Positions 7,258 to 13,716 of a DNA stretch of 32,000 bases are shown here, piece after piece. Position numbers and translations under genes: made by a program. The notes beneath the pieces are model-generated. The model was not told the origin of the DNA. It worked only from the letters and a program-made list of their open reading frames with translations, and made no database searches. Where the stretch lies: the NCBI GenBank assembly GCA_958295735.1, contig OY282369.1:2084983-2116982 (forward strand), written 5' to 3'. The first letter of the stretch is position 1. Each line of letters starts with the position of its first letter. Source of the DNA: an uncultured Candidatus Cenarchaeum sp. GTDB lineage: Archaea; Thermoproteota; Nitrososphaeria; Nitrososphaerales; Nitrosopumilaceae.

Positions 7258-8676
7258 ATGCGGTTGCTGGAGAGGGGAGGCGCGGTCTTGGCCGCGGTTG
7301 CTGCTCTCGCCATGCTCGCCGCCCCGCTGTCTGCCGGCCCCGCCGACGCGCAGGATATGACGCTGACCGGCGTGGTTGCCGCCCCACCGGGGTGCGCCGA
7401 CGGGATGGAACGCATCATAAAGATCGCCGACATGTCAGAAGCGTGCGTAAAGCCGGCCACCAAGATTGTACTGATCGAGAGGGGATGGGGACAGGAACCG
7501 CCCATGATGGAGGATCCCATGTCCATGATGGAGGATCCCACTATGATGGAAGACCCGATGATGCCGCCGTCGATGCCGCCCCTTGACCTTACGGACGAGG
7601 AGACGGCGTGGCTGGATCAGGGCCAGACCCTGAGGGTGGCCTACGACCCGTACGGGCTTCCGCTGGAGTTCGTCGCCGACGGCATGCTCGGGGGGCTGTC
7701 CGTAGGGTACCACGATATGCTAAAGGTCGCCGTGCCAGTGCAGACCGAGCTCGTCCCGCTGGATAGCTGGGACGAGGCCCTGCAGGCGATGAGGGAGGGG
7801 AGGGCCGACATCATGTTCTCGGTAGTCGAAAACGAGCAGAGGCTCGAGTACATGGCGTTCACCGAGCCGCACACGGTGCTCACTTGGGACATGGTGACCG
7901 CCGACGAGCGAGCGGTGGATCCGTCCGACTTGGCCGGCATGGACGTGGGCATCGTGAGGGGCTACGAGATAGGGGACTGGCTGGACGCCAACATGCCGGA
8001 CGTGGAATATGCCGAGTACAATAACGCGATGGAGGCGATAACCGCACTCAGGTCTGGCGAGATCGAAGTGTACGTGGACACGTGGCCGGTCGCTTCCTAC
8101 GCGGCGCTCACCGCCGGCGACGGCCCACCCGTGCACAACGCCGGAAAGATAGGGCACGACATGGCGCTCTCCATAGGCTACGCAAAGGACAACGCAGTGC
8201 TCGGATCTATACTCATGAAGTTCTTGGACTCCGTTCCGGACGACCAGAAAGAGTTGTTGGCCATGACGTTAGCCAATCCGGTGGGCGCGCTCGCCAGCGA
8301 GGAGTTCATAGGTGCGGTGGGCGAGGCCGATCCGGCCGCGGGCGAGCTGCTGGAGGACCTTGTAGGGATGGCCGAGGAGATTAAATCGAACAACTCGGAG
8401 GATATGAACGCGTTACTGGCAGAACTCTTGGAGAGCCCCGAGTCTGTCGCCTTTGCGGAAAAGCACCCCGAATACGACGTGCGGACAGACAACCTTGGGT
8501 CATTCCAAGTGGAATTCAGGCTTTCCGCTACGGACGGCACCGGCACCCTCAGAATTGAATACGACAAGGAGTCCAGCACGCCCACGTACACCTACATGTG
8601 CGACCAGAACGACATGAGCGACGCCGCTGACGGCGAAGGACTGGCCGACAGGATACCAGGCCTGTGCGTGCCGTAG
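7258..8676 (+). CDS. Secreted family-3 solute-binding (SBP_bac_3/PBPb) domain protein with Met-rich N-terminal linker and extra C-terminal domain
   Basis: Signal-peptide-like MRLLERGGAVLAAVAALAMLAAPLSAGPADA, then PPMMEDPMSMMEDPTMMEDPMMPPSMPP. The PBPb-like core runs LRVAYDPYGLPLEF...GRADIMFSVVENEQRLEYMAFTEPH...VGIVRGYEIGDWL. The first 342 aa of track ORF 6232-8676 are rejected. Confidence 0.8.
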   Translation: MRLLERGGAVLAAVAALAMLAAPLSAGPADAQDMTLTGVVAAPPGCADGMERIIKIADMSEACVKPATKIVLIERGWGQEPPMMEDPMSMMEDPTMMEDPMMPPSMPPLDLTDEETAWLDQGQTLRVAYDPYGLPLEFVADGMLGGLSVGYHDMLKVAVPVQTELVPLDSWDEALQAMREGRADIMFSVVENEQRLEYMAFTEPHTVLTWDMVTADERAVDPSDLAGMDVGIVRGYEIGDWLDANMPDVEYAEYNNAMEAITALRSGEIEVYVDTWPVASYAALTAGDGPPVHNAGKIGHDMALSIGYAKDNAVLGSILMKFLDSVPDDQKELLAMTLANPVGALASEEFIGAVGEADPAAGELLEDLVGMAEEIKSNNSEDMNALLAELLESPESVAFAEKHPEYDVRTDNLGSFQVEFRLSATDGTGTLRIEYDKESSTPTYTYMCDQNDMSDAADGEGLADRIPGLCVP

Positions 8677-9084
8677 CCGTCCGCCGGATCCGCCGCATCG
8701 AGGGACTAGCCAGAAGGGTAGCCGTGCGAGGCCGCCCGTCACTCTGCTTGGCGCGAATCCAGTTCAGCTGAGGCGTTCCAGCGCTTGGCCCGCTCGTGCG
8801 TGACCTTGCGGATGCCCGGCTCGCGCATGCCGTAACCGCCCGCCGGATCCGCCGCGCCCGGGACAGCCGGCAGGACGGCCGGCTCGCGCGCGGGCCGCTT
8901 CCTGCTTCCGTACGCCGCGCCAATTATTGATGCAAATCCCGCCGCGTTGCCCGTTGCCAACCGCCCGCGCATGGGAGCGGAGCGTGGCCTTGCAGGCATC
9001 CGGCGGAGCCGGCATCGTTGCAGAATGCGGGGCCTCCTGCCCGTTCTCCGGATGCGCCGGCGCGCGCCAGCTTGTGGCGGAAGG

Positions 9085-9122
9085 GACGCGCCGCGCGGTG
9101 AGGATGGCGGGCCCGACCGGAT
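9085..9122 (-). repeat. Duplicate of tRNA-Arg 3' end plus 20-nt 3' flank (att-like)
   Basis: The 38 nt gacgcgccgcgcggtgaggatggcgggcccgaccggat are identical to 9156-9193, which covers the last 18 nt of the tRNA and its downstream flank. Confidence 0.8.
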
Positions 9123-9175
9123 GCAGTTTAACGAACAAAAAACGGAGGCCCAAGAGACGCGCCGCGCGGTGAGGA

Positions 9176-9253
9176 TGGCGGGCCCGACCGGATTCGAACC
9201 GGCGACCTAACGCTCCGCAAGCGTTCGCACTGTCCATGCTGTGCAACGGGCCC
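9176..9253 (-). tRNA. tRNA-Arg (anticodon GCG), CCA encoded
   Basis: Reverse complement GGGCCCGTTGCACAGCATGGACAGTGCGAACGCTTGCGGAGCGTTAGGTCGCCGGTTCGAATCCGGTCGGGCCCGCCA folds by hand as a cloverleaf. It has a 7-bp acceptor stem, D stem GCAC/GTGC, anticodon stem AACGC/GCGTT with loop TTGCGGA, and a TTCGAAT T-loop. Confidence 0.9.
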
Positions 9254-9272
9254 CGGCTGTCTGTGGCGCGGT

Positions 9273-9284
9273 CGCTTAATGTGG
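9273..9284 (-). promoter_or_regulatory. TATA box for tRNA-Arg
   Basis: Minus strand reads ccacattaagcg, centred ~25 nt upstream of the tRNA 5' end at 9253. Confidence 0.5.
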
Positions 9285-9301
9285 ATTGCGATCGCGCGGC
9301 C

Positions 9302-9952
9302 CTACAGGGCGCGGGCGAACAGGTACGGCGTGGCGTCCGGCTCGCCGTTGGTCCAGGCGGTGGGGAGCACTGTAGTGCGTACGGCGCGCATGCGCCCGGC
9401 CGCGACCGTGCTCCCCCACCCCGCCATGCCGGAGGGATCCGGGGCGTACTTTGGCGATCGCGTGCCCGGCATCACGACGACGGAGCCGCCCAGGGCGTCC
9501 CCCATGCCGCGGATCACGGCGGCCGCCAGCGCGTCCCCGCCCATCTGCGCCAGGCCCCCTATGAAAAAGGCGGGCCGCGAAAGCCCGAGGGAGCGGTAGT
9601 CCACACCGGTCCCGTCGGCCTCGATCACGTCCAGGCGCGCCCCCGCCGCCGCGGCCGCCTCCCTCTGGACGGCGGCCAGCCGGCGGTCCAGCTCCACGGA
9701 ATGCGCCCTCATGCCGAGGGCGGCGGCGCAGTACGCGATGCGGCCGTCCCCCGACCCGACGTCGACCGCCTCGCGGCACCCGAGCCTCCGCGCCTCCAGC
9801 GCCATTTCGTACGCGGACGCGAGCCACGTGGGCGAGAACGGGGCGCGGCATCCCGGATTGCGCACGCTCCCCAGCCACAGCCGGTCCGTCTCGCCCTCGC
9901 ACGCCAGGCACGCCGTCCCTGCCACGTCCCGCTCCGCGATGCTGCCGTACAC
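9302..9952 (-). CDS. Class I SAM-dependent methyltransferase (substrate unknown)
   Basis: 216 aa with a GTG start. Motif I VDVGSGDGRIA is followed by an acidic residue after the next strand (HSVELD), a Rossmann-type layout. Confidence 0.6.
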   Translation of the reverse strand: MYGSIAERDVAGTACLACEGETDRLWLGSVRNPGCRAPFSPTWLASAYEMALEARRLGCREAVDVGSGDGRIAYCAAALGMRAHSVELDRRLAAVQREAAAAAGARLDVIEADGTGVDYRSLGLSRPAFFIGGLAQMGGDALAAAVIRGMGDALGGSVVVMPGTRSPKYAPDPSGMAGWGSTVAAGRMRAVRTTVLPTAWTNGEPDATPYLFARAL

Positions 9953-10083
9953 GGGGCTGGCCTCCGCGAACCGCCGCAGCGCCGCCAGGCGGCCCTCCCG
10001 GCCGCGCTCCCCGAGCGGGACCGCCTCGACCAGGCGCCCGCTGCCCGCCGCATCGGCGCGCAGCGCGCGCTGGATGGCTACCA

Positions 10084-10259
10084 GGCCTTCCGCGGCCGGG
10101 CGCGCCGGAACCCCGGCGCCATCGGCGTCCGCTTCGGCGCGGGGGCCAGCTACACGGCCTTCCGCGGCCGGGCGCGCCGGAACCCCGCCGCCGTCGGCGT
10201 CCGCTTCGGCGCGGGGGCCAGCTACCCGGCCTTCCGCGGTCAGGCGCGCCGGAACCCCC
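10084..10259. repeat. 72-bp tandem repeat, about 2.4 copies (degenerate extension back to ~10049)
   Basis: ggccttccgcggccgggcgcgccggaacccc... restarts at 10084, 10156 and 10228 with a few substitutions between copies. Confidence 0.85.
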
Positions 10260-10659
10260 TCTCGTACTGGCCGACGAACTCCTTCACGCTCATCAGCTCC
10301 CTCAGGCGGCCGTAGGCGGCCGCGTCCCGTTCCGGGGCCCCGGCCAGCCGGTCGGACTCGCCGTCCACCTCGGCTGCCAGGCGCGCCACGGCCTCCGCGT
10401 GGGGGCCCGCATCGAAGGCTGCCACGGCCTCGGCCGCCGCGCGGAGGGCGGCGCGCGCCTCCTCGCCCGCCGCCCCGCGCCCGAGGGCCGCCGCGCCGGC
10501 CCTGACTGAGATGGCCGCGTGGTACGCGCCGATCAGCCTCGCGGCCGCGGGCCTGCCTCCGGAAAGCTCCGCTACCTCGGCGGCCAGCCCGCGCGCTTCC
10601 TCGGCCAGCCCGCGCGCCCCGGCCCCCCGCACCCCTGCGGGCCCCCCGCTACGCTTCAC
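10240..10659 (-). CDS. Ala-rich helical hypothetical protein
   Basis: 139 aa. The GTG start overlaps the aquaporin stop by 11 nt. Codons are G-first (gcg/gcc/gag/gtg) and the C-terminus is protein-like (YGRLRELMSVKEFVGQYERGF). It could still be a GC artefact. Confidence 0.4.
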   Translation of the reverse strand: MKRSGGPAGVRGAGARGLAEEARGLAAEVAELSGGRPAAARLIGAYHAAISVRAGAAALGRGAAGEEARAALRAAAEAVAAFDAGPHAEAVARLAAEVDGESDRLAGAPERDAAAYGRLRELMSVKEFVGQYERGFRRA

Positions 10660-11353
10660 GCTCGGCCCTTTTGACGTACAGGGCGTTCATCAGCACCGCC
10701 GCGATGATGCCGCCGACGATGGGCCCCACCCAGTACAGCCACTGGAACTCCCACGCGCCAGATGCCAGGGAGGGGCCGAAGCTCCTGGCCGGGTTCATGG
10801 ACGCCCCGGTCAGCGGGACGCCGACCAGGTGCAGCAGGAAGACCATGCCGCCCACCGCTATGCCGCTGGCGCCGGCCGCCGCCTTTTTGTGTATGACGGC
10901 CCCGAATATGGTGGCCACCAGGAAGAACGTGAATATCACCTCCAGGACGAGGCCCGAGGCCGCGCTACCGCCCAGCACGCCGCTGGGCCCCGTGTGCGCC
11001 CCCAGGTTCGCCGCCATCCCCGCCTCGGGCAGCACGGCCAGCAGCGCGAAGGCGGCCACCACCCCGCCGACCAGCTGGGCCCCGACGTACGCGGCGCCCT
11101 CGGACGGGGATATCCTTTTCGTGATGATGAGCGGTATGGTCACGGCGGGGTTGATGTGGGCGCCCGATATGTGGCCGAACGCGTACACCACGAGGCCCAC
11201 GGCCGCGCCGTGCGCCAGCGAGATCATTATTATGGACTCGATGCCCAGCCCGTCCCCGTACACCACGACGGAGAGCACCACCGCGAGCGGCCCGAAGAAG
11301 ACCAGGGCGAACGTGCCTATCCCCTCGGCCAGCCAGTTCCTGGGATCGACCAT
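10649..11353 (-). CDS. aqpM: Aquaporin / MIP-family channel (AqpM-like)
   Basis: Both NPA boxes are present (HISGAHINPAVT, GASMNPARSFGP). I place the start at the internal ATG 11351-11353 (MVDPRNWLAEGIGTF), which lies 25 nt downstream of the TATA, not at the track start 11419. Confidence 0.9.
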   Translation of the reverse strand: MVDPRNWLAEGIGTFALVFFGPLAVVLSVVVYGDGLGIESIIMISLAHGAAVGLVVYAFGHISGAHINPAVTIPLIITKRISPSEGAAYVGAQLVGGVVAAFALLAVLPEAGMAANLGAHTGPSGVLGGSAASGLVLEVIFTFFLVATIFGAVIHKKAAAGASGIAVGGMVFLLHLVGVPLTGASMNPARSFGPSLASGAWEFQWLYWVGPIVGGIIAAVLMNALYVKRAEREA

Positions 11354-11371
11354 GGGGCGCGCTCGCGGCGG

Positions 11372-11383
11372 TTTTAATATAAA
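11372..11383. promoter_or_regulatory. Near-symmetric TATA box (ttttaatataaa) between aqpM and element copy A
   Basis: Its centre is 25 nt from the aqpM ATG (11353) on one side and 28 nt from the first base of the 88-nt element (11406) on the other. Confidence 0.6.
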
Positions 11384-11405
11384 CGGTGCCGGGTTCCGGG
11401 GGCGC

Positions 11406-11493
11406 AGACTTGCGTCCAAACCGGAACCGCGCCCAGCAGCGGCGAGACGCCCCGCGATCCCGCGCCCGGATCGCGGCGGACGTAAGCCCGCAC
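11406..11493 (+). repeat. 88-nt conserved element, copy A (candidate structured small RNA or MITE)
   Basis: Aligns without gaps to the reverse complement of 19403-19490 with 73/88 identities. The terminal 9-nt inverted repeat is cttgcgtcc (11409-11417) / ggacgtaag (11478-11486). Confidence 0.75.
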
Positions 11494-11536
11494 TTCCGGG
11501 GCGGAGCGCGGCGCCGCGCGCGGGGCGGGAACCAAC

Positions 11537-11547
11537 CGTTAATTAGG
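11537..11547 (+). promoter_or_regulatory. TATA box for bcp
   Basis: cgttaattagg is centred 26 nt upstream of the GTG at 11568. Confidence 0.55.
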
Positions 11548-11567
11548 GCGCGCCGCCCGGCGCGCCC

Positions 11568-12029
11568 GTGCTGGGCGAGGGCGACGCGGTGCCGGAGTTC
11601 GAGGCGGAGGACGCCGACGGCGGGACGGTCGGCTCCGCCTCGCTGCGCGGCAGCAGGTACGTGGTGTACTTTTACCCGCGGGACTTCACGCCCGGCTGCA
11701 CCGTGGAGGCCGGCGAGTTCGCCAGGGAGTACCCGAAGTTCAGGCGCGCCGGGATAGAGGTCGTCGGCGTGAGCCCCGACGGCGCGGAGTCGCACAGGCG
11801 CTTCCGGGAAAAGACCGGCGCGCGGTTCCCGCTCCTGGCCGACACCGACAGGAGCGTGTCCACGGCGTTCGGCGCGTGGGGGAAGAAAAAGATGGCGGGC
11901 CGCGAGTACATGGGCGTGGTGAGGAGCACCTTCCTCGTGGACGAGAGCGGGACGGTATTCAGGGCGTTCCCGAAGGTGAAGCCGGCGGGGCACGCGGCGG
12001 AGGTCCTCGCCTCGTTCGCGTCAAAATAA
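11568..12029 (+). CDS. bcp: Peroxiredoxin, Bcp/PrxQ type (AhpC/TSA family)
   Basis: YVVYFYPRDFTPGCTVEAGEF holds the peroxidatic Cys in the PxxxTxxC context. At 153 aa the length is typical of Bcp. Confidence 0.9.
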   Translation: MLGEGDAVPEFEAEDADGGTVGSASLRGSRYVVYFYPRDFTPGCTVEAGEFAREYPKFRRAGIEVVGVSPDGAESHRRFREKTGARFPLLADTDRSVSTAFGAWGKKKMAGREYMGVVRSTFLVDESGTVFRAFPKVKPAGHAAEVLASFASK

Positions 12030-12037
12030 GGGAAAAA
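12023..12037 (-). terminator. Oligo-T tract downstream of the repeat-protein gene
   Basis: Just after the TAG (12046-12048) the minus strand reads gcagcagatttttcccttattttga, with T5 and T4 runs. Archaeal terminators are oligo-T. Confidence 0.35.
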
Positions 12038-12045
12038 TCTGCTGC

Positions 12046-13263
12046 CTAGAAGCCCTTCGGCATGGTGCCCCTCGAGGGCTTTCGCGCGCTGCCCTCGGCC
12101 TCGGCGCGCTTTTTGGCCGCCAGCTCGGCCGCGGCTGCCGCGACCTCCGCTGCCCTCTTGGCATCGGCGTCCAGCCTGGCGAGGTACTCTTTTTCGTACG
12201 ACTCGAGCGACCCCGCGCCGGACTGCGGCGGCGGGGGCGGAGCCTGCTGCTGCTCCTGCCTGGGCGGCGGGGGCGGCGGCGGCGGCGCCTGCTGCCTTGC
12301 CTGCGCCTTGGCCTCCGCCCCGACGCCGGCTACCGCGTAGCCGTACCCGTCAAAGTTCTTCTCCGCGGGGTGGTAGGCGAGCCTCTGCCTGGTCGCAAAG
12401 TAGTTGTTCGACGCGGCCGTGTACCCGGTGACCTTCTCCTTCTGCAGGTTCCAGTCGGACAGGGGGGTCGTGCCCCTCTTTGCGTGGAGCCTCTCGTAGT
12501 ACCTGTTGGGGGAGGGCGAGTAGCCGGGCGTCTTGGCCTTGTAGTCGAACGGGTTGCTCATCGCGGCATCCCTGTAGATGGCCTCGAGCGCCTGGGCGTT
12601 GTTGGCGGGCGGCGCGGCCGACACCGTGTCGGGCTTGGGCGCCGGCTTGGACTCCTGCTTTGCCTTTGCCCCCTTCGGAAGCGTCCCGTGCGGAGACGGG
12701 GGCTTTTCCTCCTTGGGCTCGGCCTTCGGGGGCGGGGGCGGCGGAGCCGCCTTCGTTCCCTTCGGAAGCGTCCCGTGCGGAGACGGGGGCTTTTCCTCCT
12801 TGGGCTCGGCCTTCGGGGGCGGGGGCGGCGGAGCCGCCTTCGTTCCCTTCGGAAGCGTCCCGTGCGGAGACGGGGGCTTTTCCTCCTTGGGCTCGGCCTT
12901 CGGGGGCGGGGGCGGCGGAGCCGCCTTCGTTCCCTTCGGAAGCGTCCCGTGCGGAGACGGGGGCTTTTCCTCCTTGGGCTCGGCCTTCGGGGGCGGGGGC
13001 GGCGGAGCCGCCTTCGTTCCCTTCGGAAGCGTCCCGTGCGGAGACGGGGGCTTTTCCTCCTTGGGCTCGGCCTTCGGGGGCGGGGGCGGCGGAGCCGCCT
13101 TCGTTCCCTTCGGAAGCGTCCCGTGCGGAGACGGGGGCTTTTCCTCGGGCGCCGGCTGGGCCTCGGGCTTCATGCTGATGTTGGCTGACAGCGTCTCGAG
13201 CTTTTTCTCGAGATATGCTATCTTGTCTTCAAGTTCCTTCTTTGTCGGCTTTGACTTAGCCAT
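12046..13263 (-). CDS. Coiled-coil / polyproline tandem-repeat protein (hypothetical)
   Basis: 405 aa. N-terminus MAKSKPTKKELEDKIAYLEKKLETL, then 5.5 copies of the 29-aa unit KPPSPHGTLPKGTKAAPPPPPPKAEPKEE. The C-terminal region has P8 and P5 tracts and ends in a motif echo, KPSRGTMPKGF. A TATA lies 29 nt upstream. Confidence 0.8.
   Translation of the reverse strand: MAKSKPTKKELEDKIAYLEKKLETLSANISMKPEAQPAPEEKPPSPHGTLPKGTKAAPPPPPPKAEPKEEKPPSPHGTLPKGTKAAPPPPPPKAEPKEEKPPSPHGTLPKGTKAAPPPPPPKAEPKEEKPPSPHGTLPKGTKAAPPPPPPKAEPKEEKPPSPHGTLPKGTKAAPPPPPPKAEPKEEKPPSPHGTLPKGAKAKQESKPAPKPDTVSAAPPANNAQALEAIYRDAAMSNPFDYKAKTPGYSPSPNRYYERLHAKRGTTPLSDWNLQKEKVTGYTAASNNYFATRQRLAYHPAEKNFDGYGYAVAGVGAEAKAQARQQAPPPPPPPPRQEQQQAPPPPPQSGAGSLESYEKEYLARLDADAKRAAEVAAAAAELAAKKRAEAEGSARKPSRGTMPKGF
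12671..13146. repeat. 87-bp tandem repeat, about 5.5 nucleotide-perfect copies (in-frame within 12046-13263)
   Basis: ttcggaagcgtcccgtgcgg recurs at 12674, 12761, 12848, 12935, 13022 and 13109. By eye there are no substitutions between copies. Confidence 0.95.
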
Positions 13264-13284
13264 TGCGGCACCGTCCTGACAATG

Positions 13285-13300
13285 CCTTATTTACATTTTG
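13285..13300 (-). promoter_or_regulatory. TATA box for repeat-protein gene
   Basis: Minus strand reads caaaatgtaaataagg, centred ~29 nt upstream of the ATG at 13263. Confidence 0.55.
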
Positions 13301-13542
13301 GTTGGCCGCGGGTATGGGGTCGCGTGCCCGTCAGTCACAGGCGTGAGAACGCCTTCCTGATCCGGATTCGCGCCCGCGGAGCGGGGGTTGCTGACCTCGT
13401 AAGGCCGCGGGCGCGGGTCCGCGGGCCCGCCGGCCACGGGCGCGAAAACGGCCTCGCCGGTCCGGATCCGCGCCAGCGGCGGGGGCGCCGCCGGCCCCGT
13501 GCGGCCGCGGCGCGCCCGCGGCCCGGCCGCCGCCGGCTGCGC

Positions 13543-13560
13543 GGGGGGGGGGGGGGGGGG
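13543..13560 (+). repeat. G18 homopolymer
   Basis: 18 consecutive G between ctgcgc and aggcgaag. Confidence 0.95.
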
Positions 13561-13716
13561 AGGCGAAGCCTTCCGGATCGGCCGGCATGCCCGCGCCGCA
13601 TCGCCGAGGCGTGCCGGCGCATCGGCCGCCGGCGCGGGGACGCCCCTGCCTGTCCGGGCCGGCGCCCTGCGGAGGGGGCGGCCGGCGGCCCCGCCCCGCC
13701 CGCGCCGGGGCCGCGC

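Noticed and set aside
6098-7387. ORF 6098-7387(-), 429 aa, and the first 342 aa of ORF 6232-8676(+)
   Set aside because: Composition is junk-like (runs of R, G, A, P). The SBP gene has a signal peptide and a TATA box at 7258. The membrane protein 6125-6985 occupies the other frame.
8739-8999. ORF 8739-8999(-) next to the tRNA as a possible integrase remnant
   Set aside because: At 86 aa it has no integrase motifs (no R..HxxR..Y pattern), its composition is mostly junk-like, and no promoter sits at a sensible distance.
11406-11493. 88-nt element as a tRNA or tRNA pseudogene (78 nt between the terminal stem ends)
   Set aside because: There is no T-loop (TTCGAAT/TTCAAAT), no D-arm and no 7-nt anticodon-loop geometry. 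The internal hairpin abuts the closing stem with the wrong spacing.
12700-13100. G-quadruplex potential of the cgggggcgggggcggcgg tracts on the + strand of the repeat gene
   Set aside because: Each unit has only two runs of three or more G, and units are 87 bp apart. This does not make a canonical four-run G4 motif, and I could not compute stability.
12671-13146. Possibility that the 87-bp, 72-bp (10084-10259) or 17-bp (28730-28807) arrays are CRISPR arrays
   Set aside because: The units are directly tandem with no unique spacers between them. The 87-bp array is in-frame coding. No cas genes were seen.
12062-13279. Plus-strand ORFs across the 87-bp repeats (e.g. RRGLFLLGLGLRGRGRRSRLRSLRKRPV repeated)
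   Set aside because: They are antisense to the minus-strand gene. That gene has a proper TATA, an ATG, a non-repetitive N- and C-terminus and an oligo-T tract after its stop.
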